Positions 57,811 to 64,000 of a DNA stretch of 64,000 bases are shown piece after piece. Location: positions 1-64,000 of the IMG/VR virus record IMGVR_UViG_3300028581_000026, one strand, 5' to 3'. The position numbers and the translations under genes were made by a program. The stretch's first letter is position 1; each line of letters begins with the position of its first letter. The DNA comes from a virus. The notes beneath the pieces are model-generated. The model ran no database searches. It worked only from the letters and a program-made list of their open reading frames with translations, and was not told the origin of the DNA.

Positions 57811-58582
57811 TTGCGAGTGTTTCATTTTCGTTAAGAATGTCTTCATATGAATTAATAACAAATTTAAGGAAAGGTCTTGGATTATCCAAATCCACAAAGG
57901 AATATTTGTTATTTATTACATCATAAATTCCAAATCCGTGTTTCTTTATATTCTCCCCATAGTTTTGTTGTACAACTGAACCTATCATATATGCTTTCTT
58001 ACCATTTGGAATATCAAAAATTTGACGTTTGTGTATGTCTCCACATAGAATTAGGTCACACCCATCAAACTTATCCACTTCATATCCTGTCTCAAACTTA
58101 TATCCAATGTCGGTATATAAACCAACAATGGGTCCGTGAAATAATCCAATCTTTAATCTGTCTGACTTCTCTATAATTGGTGGGATGTTGTGTTCAAATA
58201 ATGAATAAACAACCCAATCTATATTCTCGTCTTGATATACACCTCTATCCTTGTAATAAACAATATTGTCATTGTCCATTGATTGAATGATGGGGGTTAA
58301 TGTGTCTAGTCTTGATAAGTTGTTTTCAAGCATGTCATGGTTGCCTACAATTATAATTGTTTTGGCTATCTTTGAACATTCATCCAATACCCACCTTACC
58401 ATTTCAATAAGTTCAGGACTGACTTGGTTTTTACTATGGACTAAATCACCTGTGAATACCACTCTATCAGGTTTTATTTCCTTGAATTGATTGAACATAT
58501 CCGTAAGGATTGTTTTATATAGGTCGTGGTCTTTAATTAATCTCAAATGTAAATCTGAGAAATGAACCAATTTTTTAATCAT
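57803..58582 (-). CDS. sbcD: SbcD/Mre11/gp47 metallophosphoesterase nuclease
   Basis: SDLH, TGDL, GNHD, FHG, GDIHKRQ, GS..QQNYGE. Confidence 0.9.
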   Translation of the reverse strand: MIKKLVHFSDLHLRLIKDHDLYKTILTDMFNQFKEIKPDRVVFTGDLVHSKNQVSPELIEMVRWVLDECSKIAKTIIIVGNHDMLENNLSRLDTLTPIIQSMDNDNIVYYKDRGVYQDENIDWVVYSLFEHNIPPIIEKSDRLKIGLFHGPIVGLYTDIGYKFETGYEVDKFDGCDLILCGDIHKRQIFDIPNGKKAYMIGSVVQQNYGENIKKHGFGIYDVINNKYSFVDLDNPRPFLKFVINSYEDILNENETLANG

Positions 58583-58673
58583 ATTAATTACAATTTTATT
58601 TTTGAATCTTGAAGGTTGTGTTGTTTAATACCTTGATTTTGTTGGGGTTGGGGGGTACTGGATATATTTCTTA

Positions 58674-58797
58674 GTTATGTGTAAGTGTGGTTCTGTCCTC
58701 CGAATTAACTTCCGTGTTAGAAAATTTTAGAAAAAACCCACCGCACATTTTTAATAATTTTTTAAGAACACAAAGATAAGGAAATTTTTTATTTTAA
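58674..58797. repeat. Left copy of mosaic inverted repeat
   Basis: Blocks 58674-58689, 58719-58736, 58747-58762, 58782-58797 are reverse complements of 63684-63699, 63630-63647, 63602-63617, 63571-63586. Confidence 0.8.
58771..58778 (-). promoter_or_regulatory. TAnnTTTG -7 element upstream of sbcD
   Basis: Minus strand TATCTTTG. Confidence 0.5.
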
Positions 58798-59196
58798 TTC
58801 AAAATCCAGGAAAGACATATTATATAAATTTAACTTATATTTTCCTGATGGATTAAACAATCTTTCAATTATCTCACAGGATTCCTTCTGTAATTCCACC
58901 ATAAAGATTTGATTTTCAATTATATGTTTCCATCTTTTTCCTGGATTAGGTTCCCAGTCTTTAAGACCTTCCATTAATTTTTCAATTAGAATGATTGAAT
59001 ATTGTCCAAAACCCGCACAAGGATCAAGAAATGTAGATGTTGGATCCTTAAATAATTCAGGATCAATGTTAGATACATGTTCCTCAACTAAATAAAATTC
59101 AGTAAAAACTTCACCAAAAGTATCAGCATGTTCTTTCCTATACTTGGTCAGTTTATTAATTTCATCTTTTATTTTCTTAATACCTTTTATTGCCAT
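58789..59196 (-). CDS. Short N6-adenine MTase-like protein (SAM-binding half only)
   Basis: FGEVFT...FLDPCAGFGQY...IFMVEL; no NPPY/DPPY. Confidence 0.75.
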   Translation of the reverse strand: MAIKGIKKIKDEINKLTKYRKEHADTFGEVFTEFYLVEEHVSNIDPELFKDPTSTFLDPCAGFGQYSIILIEKLMEGLKDWEPNPGKRWKHIIENQIFMVELQKESCEIIERLFNPSGKYKLNLYNMSFLDFELK

Positions 59197-59198
59197 TT

Positions 59199-59474
59199 TT
59201 ATTTACATTCTTTTAAGTCTAAAAGATCATTCTCTTTTGATTGATCACCATCCGTTCTTAAATATTTATCTTTTACAATATGAACTTTTGTTCCCTCTGA
59301 TGTTTTAATTTCTACTTCATTTTCATTCTTTTCTAAATCTCTAACTTCTTTGATGAAATCTTCTTTTTTCTTTCTACTATATTTAGTTTTGTCTGTATCA
59401 CTTACAACACCAACTTTTTCAATAACACCATCTTTGTCTTTATTTACACAATAAATTTCTTTTACAATTTTCAT
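59199..59474 (-). CDS. DUF3892-like protein
   Basis: KYLRTDGDQSKENDLLDLKEC. Confidence 0.7.
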   Translation of the reverse strand: MKIVKEIYCVNKDKDGVIEKVGVVSDTDKTKYSRKKKEDFIKEVRDLEKNENEVEIKTSEGTKVHIVKDKYLRTDGDQSKENDLLDLKECK

Positions 59475-59484
59475 AATTTTATTA

Positions 59485-60849
59485 TTATTTTTTAATTAAT
59501 TTTAATCTTTCACATCTTTCTTCAATAGTTTGTATGTCTTCCTCTGTTAGATTTAGATATTTGTAAATGTTTTCATCATCTACTTTCTCTAATTTTGAAA
59601 AATCAATATGTGGAACTAGAGATAGTGTAGATATTGTAATTGTCTGTTTATTTTTTATAAGAGAAACACAAAATCTGAAAACCTTTGTATTAATATAATT
59701 AAAGAAATTAATCATATCATTCTTATTATTGAAATTCCAATTAACTAAACTTTGATTACAAATTTCCCCAACATTTCCAATGAGAACTCTACCCATGGAA
59801 TATGGATTGGCACCATATTTTGATGTTGTGAATATTTTATAAAGATTGAAATCATTCTTGATCCTATCAGTTAAATATTCATTTGGTAAATATTTAACAG
59901 AACCTTTTTGTTCAGAAACATGACATTTCACACAATGTCCATTATCAATATCAATAAGTCTATTATCATTTGATGATAAATTATAATATGATTGAGGTCT
60001 AAAATTCAACATATCTAATTTATCAAATTTTAAAAATTTATCCAAAACCTTTAATTCATTTGTATTTAATTCATATGGTAAAAAGTTCAAAGCAACTTTT
60101 CTATTATAAGCAACACCATTTAATTCAAATGTATCTTTTGTGTTTTCATTATCAATAACAAAATATGAAACACCTCCTGATATTTCAGTTCCCTTAAACG
60201 GATTTCTGGAATAATGAACAATTTTATCAACATTATAACCATTAATCATCTTTTCCCTGAATTTTTTATGTGATGGAAGGTTCATCCAATTAGATTTAGT
60301 AATCATAATTACATATCTATCCGCTAACTCAAAAGCCTTATCTACGAATTCTGGATATATACTAGAGGATCTGTTTCCACCTTCGCCACGAACTCCGTTA
60401 TATGGTGGATTTGTTATAACACAAGTAAATTTCTTTTTCAATTCATCTAAATTATTTTTTTCATCAAGGATGTTATAATTATATCTATTAAAATCCAATA
60501 AGTTTTTAATTTTTAGTATCTTTTGAACCTTTATCATAGTTGATTTAGCAATATCTACCTGTGCTTTTGAAATATCATTTCCAGCAATTTTACTATGTAT
60601 AAATTTATTTCTTTCTTCATTATCTGGAATTATATTTTCTAAAAAATTCCAAAATTCTAAATATAAACACAACAAAAATGTTCCTTTCCCACAACAAATA
60701 TCTAAATATGAAAAATTAACATTAAATTTTTGAGAAATCAAATCTCTACAAACAGAAATAGGAGTCATCGTTGATGAATCCGAACTTTCTAATTTATCTA
60801 TTTGCTTGAATAGGATATCTATTCGCAATTGTTGTTCTTTTGAAATCAT
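59485..60849 (-). CDS. Eco57I-like N6-adenine DNA methyltransferase
   Basis: TMTP, LDICCGKGTF, ITNPPY, YPEFV, ISGGVSYF, C-terminal YKYLNLTEEDI. Confidence 0.85.
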   Translation of the reverse strand: MISKEQQLRIDILFKQIDKLESSDSSTMTPISVCRDLISQKFNVNFSYLDICCGKGTFLLCLYLEFWNFLENIIPDNEERNKFIHSKIAGNDISKAQVDIAKSTMIKVQKILKIKNLLDFNRYNYNILDEKNNLDELKKKFTCVITNPPYNGVRGEGGNRSSSIYPEFVDKAFELADRYVIMITKSNWMNLPSHKKFREKMINGYNVDKIVHYSRNPFKGTEISGGVSYFVIDNENTKDTFELNGVAYNRKVALNFLPYELNTNELKVLDKFLKFDKLDMLNFRPQSYYNLSSNDNRLIDIDNGHCVKCHVSEQKGSVKYLPNEYLTDRIKNDFNLYKIFTTSKYGANPYSMGRVLIGNVGEICNQSLVNWNFNNKNDMINFFNYINTKVFRFCVSLIKNKQTITISTLSLVPHIDFSKLEKVDDENIYKYLNLTEEDIQTIEERCERLKLIKK

Positions 60850-60851
60850 TT

Positions 60852-61364
60852 TTAGAAATTTAGTATTTTACACACATACAACTTATCAATATACTTTTGA
60901 TCTTTCATTATATTATAAACCATAATGTAATTAAAAGCACTCCACTCGATAGATTTACCGATCATTTTTGTATTAACTTCACCTGTGTTAATATCAATTG
61001 TTGTGTCAATTTGTATATTAGATGCTTTTGATGTTAGCAATCGTTTAGTATTATTAATAAAAGATGAAATTTCTTTTTTCTTAAAAATCAATTTAGAAGT
61101 ATCAAATCTTTCCAGTTTAGCCAAAAATTCATCCAAATCAACTCTTTTAGTTTCCACAAAATCGGTAAATTCTTTTGAAATCTTAATATTTGTAAAATCT
61201 TCAATTTTTGTTTCAGTTCCATCATTAATTCTATTTTCAGATATTAATGGAAAAGATTTTAATATTCTATGAAATTCAACATTGCGATTGAAAAATAAAT
61301 ATCTAATACCAAAATATAATGATGGTATTCCAAAAAGTCCTAAAATTGTTAAAATTATCTCCAT
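60852..61364 (-). CDS. Membrane-anchored hypothetical protein
   Basis: N-terminal TM helix; lies inside the R-M-like island. Confidence 0.7.
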   Translation of the reverse strand: MEIILTILGLFGIPSLYFGIRYLFFNRNVEFHRILKSFPLISENRINDGTETKIEDFTNIKISKEFTDFVETKRVDLDEFLAKLERFDTSKLIFKKKEISSFINNTKRLLTSKASNIQIDTTIDINTGEVNTKMIGKSIEWSAFNYIMVYNIMKDQKYIDKLYVCKILNF

Positions 61365-61366
61365 AA

Positions 61367-63517
61367 TTAGTTATATAAATATTCGTTGTTAATATTGAAT
61401 AAATCAATGCTATCATTAATCTTTTCTTCTAAAATAAATCCTTTATCTAAAAGAACTTTGAAAGTTTCAACGCCAATTCCTGTTTGTGTCTTAAATTCTT
61501 CTTTATAGTTGAATATATCATTTATGTTTGAAATTTTATCCACCACAAAAAGAAAGTTCTTAAATCTGTTTGTAATCAATCTTGCTTTGATTATATAATC
61601 TTCTATTTTTTCAACTTCACCACTTTTACCTTCACTAACTTTTGTTCTTTTAGAATTTTTGCCCCTACCTTTTGATGATTTATTTAATTCTGTTTGTTCT
61701 TCTTTTGTTAAATTACCATGAATATTTTCTAATATTTCCTTAATATCATCATCAAATTTTCCTATATTTAACATAGATAAAGAACCAAAATAATCAGTTA
61801 AAATTCTATTAAAATGTTCCAATAAATCATCACTTTTCATCTTAACAATAGAAGCACCATCAACACTAAATATCGGCATACATTTTAACATTTCAGAACT
61901 AAATTTAGATGGTTCATATCCAGTATATTTAGATATAATGGTTGAATATTCAATATAACATTTCAACATTCTATCTGAGTTAAAATCAACTATATGAACT
62001 TTCTCTTTCAAAAATTCACCATAATTGCTAATCCAAGGACTGCCGATTCTCATTCCTGTTTGAAACCAATTTTCAGCAGAATATCCATCATCTAACATCC
62101 AAACAGATTTCCATTGTTTTACGGTTGAACCAGTATTCCATCTACCACAAGATAATGTAATTGTCTTACCAACTTTATTGTAAATTCTATTTTTAGTATC
62201 TTCTAAATCCTTTACTTTATCACCAGAAGCATTAACTACTTTATAATCTTTCCAATAAGGATGTTCAGACAAAACTTTTTCAATAGTATCACAATTTATA
62301 ATTTGTGGTAAATACCAAAACATATGATTAGTTATTAAACCATTCATACTTGGATCTAATTTAATCCATTCCAAAAAATCATATACTAATTTTTCATTAG
62401 AAAATAATTTGTAATTTGTAATTTTTTCTTCCTCTGAATAAAATTTCAAGAATTTATTTACTAAACTATTATTATACTTACACAAGAAAACTTCAAATTC
62501 AGGTAATGAACGATAAATGTCTGTTTCCCAACCACTTTCTTTCTCCAATCTTCTTTTTAATTGTTCTTGTAGATATGTCCAAGTAAAAACTTCTTCTTTA
62601 TCATATTTTCCATCTAAAATAGCCTTAAATGGAGTTCCTGATAAGGCAAGTTCATAATCATAATTTAATTTTGATAAGAAGTTTTTAGATCTTTCAGTTT
62701 CATAACCATAGTGCATTTCATCCGAAATAACTAAATCAATTCTTTGTTCAAAAACTGGATTCCATTTGTCTTTATGTTGTTTTATAATATTTCCTTCATC
62801 ATCTTTAACTTCTCCCAGAGCATCCTGAAATGAAGCAAATATAATTTGAACTTTATCAGTTTCTTCAAATTTAACTTCATCTAATCCAATTGATTTTTTG
62901 AAAACAAAATCTTTGAATTCAATATGATCTATATCATCTTGCCAACTTTCAGCAACACCATTTGGTTTATATGTTAAAACAAGAACTCTTTTGAATTCCA
63001 TATTTTTAACAATTCTATAAGAAATATGACATTTACCAGAACGCATTTTAGCATTAACCAATGCTCTTACAATCTTTCTTTTTTCGGTTCTACTAATATT
63101 CAATTTGAATAATTTACAAACACCATCAACAATATCTTTTTGTTCTTCTCTTGGTGGATAAGTTTTCAATTTTTTTGTTCCATATAGAATATCATTAACT
63201 TCTCTTGTTGCTTGCTCTATTGTATCAAATTCAAAAAATTCTCTATCTCTATCCTCTCTATATTTAGGAAAACCTCTTTTTTCAAGTTCAGGATGGACTT
63301 CTTTATCTGATAAAGGTGAATTTTTCCAAACTTTTAGTATAGTTGGCTTTTCAAAAACAAAAGTCCCATCAAGTGTTTCAACTCGGACATCAGCATCAAT
63401 TGCTTCTCCAACTTTAATAATACAACCTCTTCTTAATGGTTCTAATCCGTGTTCTGTTCTATCCAAATCAGCAGGATATTGTAAAGTTTTAGTTGATATA
63501 AGGTATAAATCTTTCAT
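61367..63517 (-). CDS. Restriction-type SF2 helicase with N-terminal GIY-YIG/T5orf172-like nuclease
   Basis: IKVGEA...RV...DKEVH...REFF; AKMRSGK, SDEMHYG, LSGTP, TGSTV, QTGMR. Confidence 0.82.
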   Translation of the reverse strand: MKDLYLISTKTLQYPADLDRTEHGLEPLRRGCIIKVGEAIDADVRVETLDGTFVFEKPTILKVWKNSPLSDKEVHPELEKRGFPKYREDRDREFFEFDTIEQATREVNDILYGTKKLKTYPPREEQKDIVDGVCKLFKLNISRTEKRKIVRALVNAKMRSGKCHISYRIVKNMEFKRVLVLTYKPNGVAESWQDDIDHIEFKDFVFKKSIGLDEVKFEETDKVQIIFASFQDALGEVKDDEGNIIKQHKDKWNPVFEQRIDLVISDEMHYGYETERSKNFLSKLNYDYELALSGTPFKAILDGKYDKEEVFTWTYLQEQLKRRLEKESGWETDIYRSLPEFEVFLCKYNNSLVNKFLKFYSEEEKITNYKLFSNEKLVYDFLEWIKLDPSMNGLITNHMFWYLPQIINCDTIEKVLSEHPYWKDYKVVNASGDKVKDLEDTKNRIYNKVGKTITLSCGRWNTGSTVKQWKSVWMLDDGYSAENWFQTGMRIGSPWISNYGEFLKEKVHIVDFNSDRMLKCYIEYSTIISKYTGYEPSKFSSEMLKCMPIFSVDGASIVKMKSDDLLEHFNRILTDYFGSLSMLNIGKFDDDIKEILENIHGNLTKEEQTELNKSSKGRGKNSKRTKVSEGKSGEVEKIEDYIIKARLITNRFKNFLFVVDKISNINDIFNYKEEFKTQTGIGVETFKVLLDKGFILEEKINDSIDLFNINNEYLYN

Positions 63518-63570
63518 TCTTTATTTATAAAATAAGTTAATATCCAAAGTGTAAAAATACAAAAAATTCC

Positions 63571-63699
63571 TTAAAATAAAAAATTTAAGGACACAAAGAT
63601 TAAAAATTATTAAAAATTTCCCTCCCTTCTTTTTTCTAAAATTTTCTTTCAGTTCTACGATTAAACATTCTGCCTCAATAATTCACACCTACACATAAC
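63571..63699. repeat. Right copy of mosaic inverted repeat
   Basis: See 58674..58797; also contains direct repeat tttaag(g/a)acacaaagat (63584-63600 vs 58761-58777). Confidence 0.8.
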
Positions 63700-64000
63700 A
63701 AGGTGTATATGTAATGTGAGGTTCAGTAGTTAATTTAACATTTGTTCTTCTAATTAGGTTCATCGGTTAAGTCAAGTTTAGTGTTTCAAATCTCACACTA
63801 CATATACACCCAACCGTTATAAAACATTATAAACGACCACCCCATTCAAATTTTATATCATCAACATTATAGTGATAAGTTGAAAACTTCATTAAATAGT
63901 TTATTTAAATTCTCTACTTTCTCATTATCAACAACTCCATTATCAATATATAAGTTCCTATTTACTTCAATCATTATACTATAAACATTTTTATTGTTGT

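Noticed and set aside
192-61272. Many short antisense or alternate-frame ORFs in the track (e.g. 192..398, 2035..2271, 22648..23154, 27861..28232, 56500..56910, 60985..61272)
   Set aside because: They lie wholly within well-supported genes, mostly on the opposite strand, and have the S/L/F/I-rich composition of shadow ORFs
1-64000. Genome-wide TAG-to-Gln reassignment (code 15)
   Set aside because: Nearly all long genes are open under code 11, TAG terminates several genes sensibly (40349, 39731, 26462), and TAA/TGA interruptions also occur
63700-64000. Coding gene at the window end
   Set aside because: Only short fragments with frequent stops were found; no product can be supported
1-64000. 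Eukaryotic giant virus or bacterial chromosome
   Set aside because: Bacterial-type sigma factor, SmpB and intrinsic terminators argue against NCLDV; dense small hypothetical ORFs, gp46/47-like genes and the lack of housekeeping operons argue against a chromosome

Overview
AT-rich, gene-dense 64 kb segment, almost all on the minus strand, that reads as a jumbo/huge tailed phage with a probable Bacteroidota host. Host evidence: Bacteroidota-type RpoD-like sigma factor, TAnnTTTG -7 promoters, an Hc1-like protein and a DUF6576-like tail. Recognisable genes are SmpB, DnaJ, thioredoxin, glutaredoxin, a Nudix hydrolase, an amidase, SbcD/gp47, SbcC/gp46, GIY-YIG nucleases, seven DNA methyltransferase ORFs and an R-M-like island. 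No tRNA, rRNA or CRISPR array was seen. Main observations: (1) sbcC is fractured in its Walker A motif by an atypically split intein (29-aa IntN, 122-aa IntC) with a free-standing endonuclease gene between the halves. (2) About 15 otherwise unrelated proteins share a basic amphipathic leader ending in Glu (e.g. MRNLIRRILREE, MKRIVRLTEQDLVRLVKRVINE), mostly downstream of an ATATTTAT motif; this suggests a capsid-targeting/cargo-loading system. (3) The R-M-like island is bracketed by ~125-bp mosaic inverted repeats whose spacers read in direct orientation. (4) Several genes carry in-frame stops: three TAGs (one aligning to Gln in paralogs), two TAAs, and a CTT-TGA-CTT stop-hop arrangement in a catalytic motif; some may be consensus errors. 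(5) A repeated GGAACT-N17-GTTTAT ECF-like promoter. All family calls come from motif recognition by eye; no searches were run.
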